Positions 36,691-47,200 of a stretch of DNA of 64,000 nucleotides are shown here, piece after piece. A program made the translations under genes and the position numbers. The DNA comes from Candidatus Latescibacterota bacterium (GTDB taxonomy: Bacteria > Latescibacterota > UBA2968), in NCBI GenBank assembly GCA_965222605.1, contig OZ244960.1:4864001-4928000 (forward strand), written 5' to 3'. The notes beneath the pieces are model-generated. The model was not told the origin of the DNA and did not search any database. It saw nothing but the letters and a program-made list of their open reading frames with translations. How positions within the stretch are numbered: position 1 is the stretch's first letter; every line of letters begins with the position of its first letter.

Positions 36691-38379
36691 ATGTCTGAGA
36701 TTTTTCAAGCGGTGGAAAACTGCGCCAGCAGTTCATCTGATTATCTGGTCATTGGCAGTGGCATTGCGGGCCTTTCTTTTGCGCTTAAAGCGGCAGAGAC
36801 GGGGTCTGTCACTTTGATTACTAAAAAAGAGTTTCAAGAATCCAATACCAATTACGCACAGGGCGGTATTGCTTCTGTTTTGCATCCAGACGATTCGTTT
36901 GAGCTTCACAGGGAAGATACGATTCAGGCTGGCGCGGGTTTGTGCCGCGAAAATGTGGTAGATATGGTGGTGCGGGCTGGTCCCGATATGGTCAAGTCAC
37001 TCATCGCATGGGGGGCTGAGTTTACGCGAGAGAGCGAGCGGCGTACAACTGAGTCAGCCGTTCAAAATCTCGCACTCGGGCGCGAGGGCGGGCATTCAAA
37101 GAATCGCATTGTGTATGCCGCCGATCTGACCGGGCGAGAGATTGAGCGGGCGTTGTCCGAAGCGGCGATAGCCCATCCCAATATCGCGTTGTACGAGTAT
37201 CACATGGCGATTGATCTGATCACGGAACACCATGTGTATGGTTCGAAAATTTCAACGCCGGGGAAGATTCAGTGTTGGGGTGTTTACGCATTGGATGCCG
37301 TGCATGGACAGGTGAAGACTTTTTTGGCAAAATTTACGCTGCTGTGTAGCGGCGGGTGTGGTCAGATTTATTTGCATTCGACCAATCCGGCTATTGCAAC
37401 GGGCGATGGTATTGCCATGGCATATCGCGCGGGTGCAAGTGTGGGCAATTTGGAGTTTATGCAGTTTCATCCCACGACGCTTTATCACCGAGATGCCGAT
37501 TCATTTTTGATTTCTGAAGCAGTGCGCGGGCATGGTGGCATTCTGGTGGATCGAGCGGGGCGGGCGTTTATGGTCGATTATCACGAGATGGGGCCGCTTG
37601 CACCTCGAGATGTGGTTGCGCGGGCGATTGATAGCGAGTTAAAAAAGAGCGGTGATCCCTGTGTGTTTCTCGATATCACGCATTGTCCAGGCGCAGAGCT
37701 TCAGGAGCGTTTTCCCACGATTTATGAACGGTGCTTGCAATTTGGCATTGATATAACGCAGCAGCCCATTCCAGTTGTGCCAGCCGCGCATTATATGTGC
37801 GGTGGCGTGTTCACGGATACGCAGGGGCGCACGGATATCGAAAGGCTTTACGCTTCGGGTGAGGTCGCTTGTACGGGGTTACACGGCGCGAATCGCCTGG
37901 CGAGCAATTCGCTGTTAGAAGCGCTGGTTTTTTCAGATCGCGCGTTTTCCGATATCCAGCAGCACATAGATGCGAGGCTCGATTTTCCGGATGTACCGGC
38001 CTGGCAAGACGACGATGTGTTTAATACAGAAGAATGGGTGTTGTTATCACACGACCGGCAGGAAGTACAGCGTTTGATGTGGGATTATGTGGGGATTGTG
38101 CGGTCGGATTTTCGATTGAAGCGCGCAGCCCGTCGTATTGGTGTGATTGTGCAGGAGGTCGAAGAATTTTATAAGCGCACGCAAGTTACTGAGGCACTGC
38201 TGGAGTTGCGCAATATGACGACTGTTGCCGCGCTGACTGTGCGCTGTGCATTATCCCGACGCGAAAGCCGGGGGTTGCATTACACACTCGATTGTCCTGC
38301 GCCATTCAAATCTGCAAAAGATACGGTGGTGTCCGCCTGGGAAACGTGGGGCATAGGTTTGCCGGTGATTGATGTGTGA
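36691..38379 (+). CDS. nadB: L-aspartate oxidase
   Basis: IGSGIAGL, AQGGIA, EGGHS..RI, QFHPT, LAPRD.VARAI, HGANRLASNSLLE, ESRGLHY. Confidence 0.96.
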   Translation: MSEIFQAVENCASSSSDYLVIGSGIAGLSFALKAAETGSVTLITKKEFQESNTNYAQGGIASVLHPDDSFELHREDTIQAGAGLCRENVVDMVVRAGPDMVKSLIAWGAEFTRESERRTTESAVQNLALGREGGHSKNRIVYAADLTGREIERALSEAAIAHPNIALYEYHMAIDLITEHHVYGSKISTPGKIQCWGVYALDAVHGQVKTFLAKFTLLCSGGCGQIYLHSTNPAIATGDGIAMAYRAGASVGNLEFMQFHPTTLYHRDADSFLISEAVRGHGGILVDRAGRAFMVDYHEMGPLAPRDVVARAIDSELKKSGDPCVFLDITHCPGAELQERFPTIYERCLQFGIDITQQPIPVVPAAHYMCGGVFTDTQGRTDIERLYASGEVACTGLHGANRLASNSLLEALVFSDRAFSDIQQHIDARLDFPDVPAWQDDDVFNTEEWVLLSHDRQEVQRLMWDYVGIVRSDFRLKRAARRIGVIVQEVEEFYKRTQVTEALLELRNMTTVAALTVRCALSRRESRGLHYTLDCPAPFKSAKDTVVSAWETWGIGLPVIDV

Positions 38380-38488
38380 TCCGCAGAATGAAGGCGAGTA
38401 ATTCGAGCATGAACGCAGATGAACGCAGATGAAAAAGAGGGGCTGGGGGCTGGTTGAACTGACTGCTGACAACTTTTCAGGAGTTCTT

Positions 38489-40312
38489 ATGCGCAACGGC
38501 ATTGCTGTGATTGATTTTGGTGGACAATATGCTCACTTGATTGCGAATCGGATTCGCAGGTTGCGGGTTTATTCCGAAATTTTTCCGCCGGATGTTGATC
38601 CTGCGGCATTGTGTGGCGTGTCGGGCATGGTTTTTTCGGGTGGTCCATCCAGTGTATATGATCCCGATCCACCCGCGTTTAATCCCAAATTGCTGGATAC
38701 CGATTTGCCCGTGCTCGGCCTGTGTTATGGGCATCAGTTGTTGTGCATGCATTTGGGAGGCAAGGTTGTTGCTGGTGAGGTGAGAGAATACGGTTCTGCC
38801 AGATTGAATATTGCAGGTGGGTCAGATTTGTTTGCCGGGCTTGGAGATTCCCAGGAGGTGTGGATGAGCCACGGCGATGTGGTTGCAACTTTGCCCGAGG
38901 GTTTTGAAATTTTGGGTACGACCGAGGATTGTCCTTCTGCAGCAGTTGGCGATGTCAAACGCGGGATTTATGGCTTGCAATTTCATCCCGAGGTGGCACA
39001 CACGCCGCGTGGATTGGATATTCTCGATAATTTTTTGACGATATGCGATGCGCCTCGAACCTGGACAATGGGCAATTATGCCGAAGTGGTTATGGAAGAG
39101 ATGCGGGAGAAGGTGGGGGACCGCAATGTGTTTTTGCTCGTTTCAGGTGGGGTTGATTCTTCGGTGGCTTTTGTGCTGTTTAACAAGGCGCTGGGCGCAG
39201 ATCGGGTGTTGGGGTTGCACATTGACAATGGTTTTATGCGAAAGGGTGAGACGGCTGCGGTGGAGGTTTTTCTAAAAAAAGAGGGGTTTGACAACCTGAT
39301 GGTCAAGGATGCCAGTGACGATTTTTTGTTGGGTGTGGAAGGTCTGATCGATCCAGAAGCAAAACGCGAGGCGATTGGACAAACATTTTTAGAGGTGAAG
39401 GACGAGGTGATGGCGCACTTGCATCTGAATGCAGATCAATGGGTGTTGGGGCAGGGGACACTTTATCCCGATACCATAGAATCGGGAGGGACAGAGCACG
39501 CTGCGTTGATTAAGACGCACCACAATCGCATTGATTTGATCGATGAGTTGATTGCACAGGGCAAGGTTGTCGAGCCTTTGGCACAGTTGTACAAGGATGA
39601 GGTGCGCGAGTTGGGGGGCGAGTTGGGGTTGCCCGATCATCTGGTGTGGCGACATCCGTTTCCGGGTCCTGGTCTGGCGGTGCGCTGTTTGTGCTCAGAT
39701 GGTGAGGTGGAGGGGAGTGATATTGCAGCAGCGGAGAGGGTCGCTTCTGAGATCGCTTCTGAGGCGGGTTTGCAATTGCGTGTTTTACCCGTTAAGAGTG
39801 TGGGGGTTCAGGGTGATTTTCGCACGTACTCGCATCCCGCGATTGTTTCGGGTTTCGACCTGAATACGGCCGAGAGCAATGACGATTGGCGCGTGCTCGA
39901 AGATATGTCAACGCGGATTACCAATAGCGTGCCGGGTATTAACCGCGTGGTTTGTCTTATTGCGCCAGACGAGTTGCCCAGGTTGCGTCTCAAGCGCGCA
40001 TTTTTGACCTATCAGAGGCTCGATGTTTTGCGGGAGGCCGATGCGATTGCTATGCGGGCACTCGACCGCGCGGGTCTTATGTCTGCAGTGTCTCAGATGC
40101 CGACTGTTTTGGCACCGCTGACGACAGATGGACAGAACGAGGTTGTGATTTTGCGCCCGATTACGACCCCAGATTTTATGACTGCGCGATTTGCCGAATT
40201 GCCTCACAACCTGGTGCGCGATATAGCAGACGAGATACTGAGTCTGCCCGGTGTCGCTGCCGTGGGTTATGATGTAACCCACAAACCGCCGGGGACAGTG
40301 GAATGGGAGTGA
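38489..40312 (+). CDS. guaA: GMP synthase (glutamine-hydrolysing), long form
   Basis: DFGGQY, GLCYGHQ, QFHPEV, SGGVDS, IKTHHN, RHPFPGPGL, KPPGTVEWE. Confidence 0.96.
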   Translation: MRNGIAVIDFGGQYAHLIANRIRRLRVYSEIFPPDVDPAALCGVSGMVFSGGPSSVYDPDPPAFNPKLLDTDLPVLGLCYGHQLLCMHLGGKVVAGEVREYGSARLNIAGGSDLFAGLGDSQEVWMSHGDVVATLPEGFEILGTTEDCPSAAVGDVKRGIYGLQFHPEVAHTPRGLDILDNFLTICDAPRTWTMGNYAEVVMEEMREKVGDRNVFLLVSGGVDSSVAFVLFNKALGADRVLGLHIDNGFMRKGETAAVEVFLKKEGFDNLMVKDASDDFLLGVEGLIDPEAKREAIGQTFLEVKDEVMAHLHLNADQWVLGQGTLYPDTIESGGTEHAALIKTHHNRIDLIDELIAQGKVVEPLAQLYKDEVRELGGELGLPDHLVWRHPFPGPGLAVRCLCSDGEVEGSDIAAAERVASEIASEAGLQLRVLPVKSVGVQGDFRTYSHPAIVSGFDLNTAESNDDWRVLEDMSTRITNSVPGINRVVCLIAPDELPRLRLKRAFLTYQRLDVLREADAIAMRALDRAGLMSAVSQMPTVLAPLTTDGQNEVVILRPITTPDFMTARFAELPHNLVRDIADEILSLPGVAAVGYDVTHKPPGTVEWE

Positions 40313-40529
40313 TGATGGAGGATGGAGCACTACTGCGCCAGCAGTTCATTAACAAAACGAACAAAGCCGGACAGAGTTATTTTTTTACTTTTTAGAATTG
40401 CAATGGAACAAAATGTACACCTTTCCTGTAGATAGTTAGCGAGCGTGGGTCTGCTAACGCCAATTATATATCCTTGTTTTATCGTGCCTTAGAATATTCT
40501 GAGGCACTTTTTTTTGGTTTTTTTCAAAA

Positions 40530-40546
40530 TGGGCACGGCTTTTGCA
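40530..40546 (+). promoter_or_regulatory. Sigma-54 (-24/-12) promoter
   Basis: TGGGCACGGCTTTTGCA: GG (40532-33)-N10-GC (40544-45), close to consensus TGGCACG-N4-TTGCW, about 75 bp before the first GT gene. Confidence 0.7.
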
Positions 40547-40620
40547 AGATATGCTGTGTGCAAATCGCGTGAATGGGATTGAGGCGGACGAGATGTCCGC
40601 GATGCCAGAGGGTTGAAGTT

Positions 40621-41895
40621 TTGAAAAATACTACAGTTGCGTTTTATAGCCAGCATCTCATTGGCGTTGGGCACCATTTTCGCAATCGACAGATTGTCAA
40701 TGCGTTGGTTAAGACTTGCGATGTGTTTTTCATCGATGGCGGGCGCCCGATTCCCGAGGCCGATCTCGATGAACGGGTGACGCGTATTTCCCTACCGCCT
40801 CTTCGCACGGGCGCACAGGGCATTGAGTCTGTTGATAAGGAGCGCGATTTGCAGGCTGTGATGTGCGAACGTCAGGTCAGGCTTTCCGAAGCGATGGAAC
40901 AGATTCGACCGGATGTGTTTTGTGTTGAATTTTTTCCTTTTTCCCGGTGGTCGCTCAAGGGCGAAATCCTCAATACCATTGTCAGGCTCAATCAGGTCAA
41001 TCCCGACGCGAAGGTGCTGTGTTCACTGCGCGATGTTCCCACGCGGGCAAAAAGCGATGAGTTGCAACCGGCTATTGCGCCTACAGAACGGCGCGATGGG
41101 GATGCGATGCGGTTTTATTCGGTGCCTTTTGGCGGGATACATCACGAGTATTTGTCTTTTAATCGGCGGTATTACGAGGAGGTTGTGCCCGTGTTGAATC
41201 AGTATTTCGATGCGGTGCTGGTGCATGGCGATTCCCAACTATCGCGGTTGGAAGATCACTTTCCATGGGTTGCTGATATCGGGATTCCCGTGGTTTATAC
41301 GGGATTTGTTTCTGAGAAACTCGAGGATGTCTCTCGGCCTGACAGTGCGTCCGATCAGTATGTTTTGGTCAGTGCTGGCGGTGGTGCTGAGGGGCTTGCG
41401 CTTGTCGCGCCGTGTATTGAAGCGTGGAAAAAATTGGAACAGGACGATGTGCACGATGGACGCGAGATGGTGATTTTTGCAGGTGCGTTTATCGATGAAA
41501 CGCATTTTGACGCTTTGCGCGAGTTGTGCGGCGATGGTCCGTTTCGTATTGAACGCTTTACGTCCAATTTTTTGGCCTGGATGAAATACACAGATTTGTC
41601 GATTAGCCGCGCGGGCTACAATACCTGTATGAATGTACTTGAGACGCAAGTTCCAACGATTTTGGTGCCGAGTATTGCGATGGATGATCAGGAGTTTCGC
41701 GCACAGAAGTTGATGGCGTTGGGCCTCGCACGGGTGATACATCCCGACCACTTATCCGTGGCAAAGATGGCAAAATCCATTGCCGAAATGCTCGAAAGTT
41801 CTGTGCCTGAACACCATCTATCCCTGGGTGGTGCCGAGCAAACGCGAAAGTTTATAGAATTAGCGGTACAAGGTAAAAAACGAGGTGAAAGATGA
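40621..41895 (+). CDS. GT-B glycosyltransferase, COG4671/GT28 C-terminal-like
   Basis: FYSQHL.G.GH..R; VE.FPF.R; SLRD; VLVHGD; VSAGGG..G; SISRAGYNT; DQ..RA. TTG start assumed. Confidence 0.85.
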   Translation: MKNTTVAFYSQHLIGVGHHFRNRQIVNALVKTCDVFFIDGGRPIPEADLDERVTRISLPPLRTGAQGIESVDKERDLQAVMCERQVRLSEAMEQIRPDVFCVEFFPFSRWSLKGEILNTIVRLNQVNPDAKVLCSLRDVPTRAKSDELQPAIAPTERRDGDAMRFYSVPFGGIHHEYLSFNRRYYEEVVPVLNQYFDAVLVHGDSQLSRLEDHFPWVADIGIPVVYTGFVSEKLEDVSRPDSASDQYVLVSAGGGAEGLALVAPCIEAWKKLEQDDVHDGREMVIFAGAFIDETHFDALRELCGDGPFRIERFTSNFLAWMKYTDLSISRAGYNTCMNVLETQVPTILVPSIAMDDQEFRAQKLMALGLARVIHPDHLSVAKMAKSIAEMLESSVPEHHLSLGGAEQTRKFIELAVQGKKRGER

Positions 41896-43295
41896 AAATT
41901 TATGTGTCACATCCGTATCACGACCGCGAGAAAGTGATAGAGTCGAATATCGGGGCATCCCTTTCGGGTTTTAACCATGTGCAGGCGTTATCGCAGTATT
42001 GCGATGTGTATATGCCAGCGTCTGAAGCGGTGGATTATGGTCCGAATTTGCACGGTACTCGGGTTGCATTTGAGACGATTGATTCGTCTCGACAATGGTT
42101 TGAGCGGCAGGGATATGACGGTGTGCTGATGTTTGAACCCAAGGTAGATGACATAGCGTTTTTCCGCCATGTGTGTTCCGCGCCCATTGTGATTCGGCTG
42201 TCGTGCTCTTTTGGACACAATCGCGATTTTATAGACAAGGTGCTGAATTGTTATTCGCTGTTGCGGCCTTATGATGCCCTGTCACCCAAGTCGGCATATG
42301 TCGCTGACGAAATCGGCAAGCTGGTGTTTGACCGATCGTATTTGCAGGCGATTACCAATGGAGTAGATGCCGAGGTGTTCAAGCCGATGGATAAGTTACA
42401 GGCGCGAAAAGATGTCGCGGATAAGACGGGTGATCAACGCTTTTTGGAGATGCCAGTGGTGGGTTTTTGCGGGCGGTTTGAACCGAGCAAGGGCGCGTAT
42501 CCATTTTTGCGAATGGCCGATCTGAATCCCAATATGTTGTTTGCGGTGATTGGCAAGCAGTTCGCACCCGTGACCCATCCGCCCAATGTGATCTTTTTGG
42601 GTGCGCAACCCTATACGCAGATGCCGCTGTATTACAATATACTCGATGTGTTGTGCGCGCTGTCGGTGTATTCGTATGAGTCGTGTCCTTCAACTGTGCT
42701 GGAGGGGATGGCGTGTGGCCTTCCGGTTGTGGCGACAAATTTTGCGGGCGCGCCAGAGTTGTTGGGCAGTTGTGGGCGGTTGATTGAGATTGAGCGGTTT
42801 GAAGATGAGCCATTGAATGTGACGGGTTATATCGCCCCTGAGGTGATTTCAGATGCTGTGCGCGATTTGTTGAATAGCAAAACGGAGCGCTTGGAAATGG
42901 GAGAAGGTGCTCGCAAACGTTCGCTCGAATTTTCCTGGGATCATACGGCGCAGCAGCACATGGCATTGTTTGAAGATCTGCTGGCCAAACGCGATGCACC
43001 CGCCTGCCCGATTCCAATAACCGTGAATTTTACACAGAGTTGTGATGCGTCTGGTAACCCGAAAAGTGTGTCCAAAGGATTTAACTATCTGGGCAGCAGA
43101 CAAGGTCCTTTCCCACGCATCTCGTTTTTTGGGCAGGATATGTCCCTTATTGAGGGCCTGGGTCTTCATTTGATGCAACATTTACACCCAAACGAAGTCG
43201 AAGCCGCTCTGTTGGGCTTATGCGAGACGCGCGCTACAGCCTACAAAACGCTTCGCAAAATCCGACACTTCAGCGATATGCTCACGGCTCCCTGA
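41892..43295 (+). CDS. GT4-family glycosyltransferase with ~90-aa C-terminal extension
   Basis: ITNGVD...F.P; GRFEPSKG; S..YESCPSTVLEGMACGLPVVAT (EX7E); FSWD; ATGA overlap with the upstream GT. Confidence 0.9.
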   Translation: MKIYVSHPYHDREKVIESNIGASLSGFNHVQALSQYCDVYMPASEAVDYGPNLHGTRVAFETIDSSRQWFERQGYDGVLMFEPKVDDIAFFRHVCSAPIVIRLSCSFGHNRDFIDKVLNCYSLLRPYDALSPKSAYVADEIGKLVFDRSYLQAITNGVDAEVFKPMDKLQARKDVADKTGDQRFLEMPVVGFCGRFEPSKGAYPFLRMADLNPNMLFAVIGKQFAPVTHPPNVIFLGAQPYTQMPLYYNILDVLCALSVYSYESCPSTVLEGMACGLPVVATNFAGAPELLGSCGRLIEIERFEDEPLNVTGYIAPEVISDAVRDLLNSKTERLEMGEGARKRSLEFSWDHTAQQHMALFEDLLAKRDAPACPIPITVNFTQSCDASGNPKSVSKGFNYLGSRQGPFPRISFFGQDMSLIEGLGLHLMQHLHPNEVEAALLGLCETRATAYKTLRKIRHFSDMLTAP

Positions 43296-43347
43296 TCGGC
43301 AAAGGGAGACAGCTTGCGCTGAGGTAGTGAAGAAAGGAGGTGAAAAA

Positions 43348-43566
43348 ATGACTGAGCGCATTACGTCGATGCCAGCACAAGTTTCTGTGACCTGTGTTCA
43401 ACTTCCCGGTCGAGAAATCGAACTGGCGCGTGGTGAGATGGCGAATACATCAGGAGGGTGCATTTTACCAGGAGAAGACATGTTTGAGCATGACCCACTT
43501 GAGCCTCTTGAAGATATTATTGATGATATCTGCGATACGGTGAGTGAATGGTGGGCTTCCTGGTAG
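43348..43566 (+). CDS. Putative RiPP precursor 1 (double-glycine leader, 35-aa acidic core)
   Basis: Strong RBS AAGGAGGTG; ...ELARGEMANTSGG|CILPGEDMFEHDPLEPLEDIIDDICDTVSEWWASW; upstream of a C39 transporter. Confidence 0.8.
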   Translation: MTERITSMPAQVSVTCVQLPGREIELARGEMANTSGGCILPGEDMFEHDPLEPLEDIIDDICDTVSEWWASW

Positions 43567-43677
43567 CAATCGCGCCACGATCCATAAAACGCTATTTCTG
43601 GTATTTAAGTACTGGATGAAAACTATCTTTTTTTAGTACTTGACGAGTCTTACCATTTATTACTTTTGGAGGATATC

Positions 43678-44073
43678 ATGTCCGCTATTGTATTAAATAA
43701 TCGCGTAACTTCAGATTCAGACGCTGCTTTTGCCTCTTGCACGGCACTGCCCATCCATCAAACAACGCTCAATGCTGAAGAAATGGCGGGTATTGATGGT
43801 TTGGGGAGTTGGGGCGATGCTATTGATAAGGTTGGAGATTATGTTTCGGATGTTGTTGATTCAGTAGGAGATTATGTTTCGGATGCTGCTACTACTGCTT
43901 CGATAGCTATTTTCGGTGGGGCTGTTTATGCAGACTTAGATCCTGATCCATTTGGTTTCCCATCACCACCTGATACACTGATTATTATCACTCGGGAACC
44001 ACATGTGTGCAACGGCCCGATTGTGTACACATCTTATGGGTCTTGTTTGTGTCCGATGCCAGGCCGCCCGTAG
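43678..44073 (+). CDS. Putative RiPP precursor 2 (GG-type leader variant, repeated core)
   Basis: RBS GGAGGA; leader ...CTALPIHQTTLNAEEMAGIDG aligns without gaps to precursor 1; core has VGDYVSD twice and a Pro/Cys-rich tail. Confidence 0.75.
   Translation: MSAIVLNNRVTSDSDAAFASCTALPIHQTTLNAEEMAGIDGLGSWGDAIDKVGDYVSDVVDSVGDYVSDAATTASIAIFGGAVYADLDPDPFGFPSPPDTLIIITREPHVCNGPIVYTSYGSCLCPMPGRP
43831..43885 (+). repeat. 33-bp intragenic duplication in precursor 2
   Basis: GTxGGAGATTATGTTTCGGATG at 43831 and 43864. Confidence 0.9.
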
Positions 44074-44231
44074 GTTCGCTGTGCATCAACCCGTCATTCC
44101 CGCACACGCGCACAATGTAGTCACACGTAGAAAAATGCCATTAATCTCGCAGCCCTTTTTGGAGTTGCCTGAGGCAAATGCCTACGGCGTGTGCAGGAGT
44201 GACGGCAATCTATATGAGGCATGATAAAAAA

Positions 44232-47200
44232 ATGAATCTTTCGGTTTTTTTCGCAAAAAACTCAGTTCGGTCACAACCCGCTCGTTATTCCTTTGGAGGT
44301 ATTGTTTGTCAACGGGGACAAGCGGGTGAGGCGTTTTACATTGTGCAATCTGGACGGTTGCGGGTGATCAAACAAGATGCGAATGGCAATTCGGCCACTG
44401 TGGGCTATTTGTATGCGGGCGATCATTTTGGCGAAGGGGCATTGTTGAACCGGCAGGGACATCGGGCGACGGTGCGGGCGGTTGAGGATGCGGATGTGTT
44501 GCAGGTGCCGAAGGATGAATTTTTTAAGGCTGTGAGAAAACATTCTGACCTGAAAGCCTATCTTAAGGAGCAGGTCGCCTGTATTGCGTATCGGGATTTT
44601 ACGCGATTTTTGAAAGGAGATGTTCCGAGCGAGGCGATGCGGGTGTTGTTCGCACGGTTGAAGCGCGAGGCGGTTGAGAAGGGTGTGACGGTTGTTGATC
44701 GCGGTCAGTTAGGACAGCGATTTTATTTGATTGGCAGCGGTCAGTTGGAGGCTGTGTCAGAAAATGGGGACACGGTGATTTTGAGCCAGGGTGATTATTT
44801 TGGAGATGAGAATTTATCAGGTGATAAAAGGGTGATTCGCAGTCGGTGTGATAGTGTGCTCTTTTATATAGATAAAAGCGATTTTAATAAATTAAAAGCT
44901 ATGATGCCGGGATTCGAGAAGGCGTTGGAGAGAGGCCGCATATTGCGTGGAGATCAGGCATCGAATGGGGCATTGTTGCGACAAGTGCGACAAGTACCTG
45001 AGCCACTTACTGCGCGATCTGATGAAAAACTGGCATCCAATACAACATCCAATGTGGTCAATATCAGAATAGACGGCGCAAAACCGCTTGTACCCACATT
45101 GTTGCGTTTTCCGTTTTTGAAGCAACACGATCAATCGGATTGTGGCGCGGCGTGTTTGGGCATGATTTGTAAGTATTACAAGATGCCGATTGGGTTGAAC
45201 AGGCTACGCGATATGTCCAATGTGTCGCGGTATGGCACGTCGGTGGCGGCATTGGCCGAGGCTGCGGAAACACTGGGTTTTGTCACGCGCGGCGTGCGCA
45301 CGGGGTATGAAGCCCTGATGCGAACAGACCTGCCAGCCATTCTCCACTGGGAAGGCAACCACTTTGTGGTTTTGTATCAGATTACAAAAAAGGAGGTGAA
45401 GATAGCAGATCCCGGCGTGGGTATTCGCAAGCTGTCGCGGGCAGAGTTCGAGAAGGGCTGGACAAATATGGCGCTGTTGTTGGAATACACAGATCAGGTG
45501 GCAGAGAACGAACCGTCTCGGTCTTCTTTTAAGCGGTTTTTCCCATTGATCAGACCCTATACAGGCATATTGATTGAGGTGCTATTAGCGTCTTTGGTGC
45601 TCAGTTTGTTTGGCCTGGCGTCGCCCATTTTTATGCAGACCATTGTCGATCAGGTGCTGGTGCATCACGACGCGGATTTGTTGAACTTGATGCTGGTGGG
45701 CATGATTGTTGTCGCGTTGTTCCAAATGGGTACATCGACGTTGCGCGTCTATTTAATCGGGTATGTGAGTGCGCGGTTGAGCATTGCGATGTTATCGCGT
45801 TTTTATCGGCATTTGCTGGCGCTGTCCATGCGGTTTTTTGCCCTGCGGCGCACGGGCGATTTGACCACGCGGTTTAGGGAGAATGCGACGATTCAGCGTT
45901 TGTTGACGGGTACGACGGTTTCTGCGATTCTGGATTTTATCATGCTTTTTGTCTATCTGGGTCTGATGTTTTATTACAATGCTGAACTGACGCTGATCAT
46001 GCTGATTTTTGTGCCGCTCTCTGTGGGTCTCACGCTGATTTACACGCCCATTTTGAAGTCTTTCAGCCAGCGCGCTTTTTTGGCGCGTGCCGAACAATCA
46101 TCGGTTTTAATCGATTCGCTGCACGGCATTGATGTGGTCAAAGCCGAGGCTGTGGAGCGCGCGACGCGGTGGCATTGGGAAGGTAAGTTCACAAAGGAAA
46201 TTCAGATTGGATTTCAGCGGTTAAAAATGCAGATGTTGTTTGGGGGGATCGGAAGAGTGTTCAATTTGTTGAGCAGTACGGTGATTTTGTGGTATGGTGC
46301 CTCATTAGTGATTGCGGGTGACCTGTCGGTGGGGCAGTTGATGGCGTTTAACGCGCTGATTGGCAATGTGATGGGACCGATTATGGGGTTGATTGGGATA
46401 TGGCCTCAGGTGCAAGAAGCGCGTATTGCATTGGATCGGCTGAATGATGTGTATGACACGCAGATGGAAGATGCGCGGCAACAGGGTCAGGGTTTGATCT
46501 TAAAGCATTTGGAAGGTCGGGTGGTGTTTGATGAGGTGTTTTTTAGATATGGTGTCGGTTCTGATGAACCTTATGTGTTGAATAACATAGACCTGATTCT
46601 CGAACCGGGTCAAAAAGTTGCGATTGTGGGACGCAGTGGCGCGGGCAAGACCACATTGGTAAAGCTGGTACCCCGTTTGTTTGATCCGTCAGAAGGGCGG
46701 GTGATGCTGGATGGTATGGATGTGCGAGACCTGGATCCCCATTGGTTGCGGCGGCAGGTGGGTATGGTGATGCAAGAGCCGTTTTTGTTTTCTGGCACGA
46801 TTGCAGAAAATATCGCCATTGGTCGAAAAGATGCCGACATGGATCGCATTTTGGAAGTGGCAAAACTATCGTGTGTACACGATTTTGTAAGCGATATGCC
46901 TTTGGGATATGAGACAAAGGTCGGTGAGCAGGGTGTAGGACTATCTGGTGGACAGCGACAGCGGATTGCAATTGCGCGGGCACTGTATTGCGATCCCAAA
47001 ATTTTGATTTTTGATGAGGCCACCAATGCGCTGGATACGGATTCAGAACAGGCGATGCAGGCGAATTTAGATATGTTTTTGGATGATCGCACGGCGTTGA
47101 TTATTGCCCATCGGTTGAGTACGGTGCGCGATGCGGATGCGATTGTGGTGCTGGATAAGGGTCATATTGTGGAGATGGGCACGCACGATGAGTTGATGGT

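Noticed and set aside
44135-44224. 29-aa ORF (MPLISQPFLELPEANAYGVCRSDGNLYEA) as a third precursor
   Set aside because: No RBS and no leader or core motif; it might instead be a frameshifted remnant of the transporter N-terminus.
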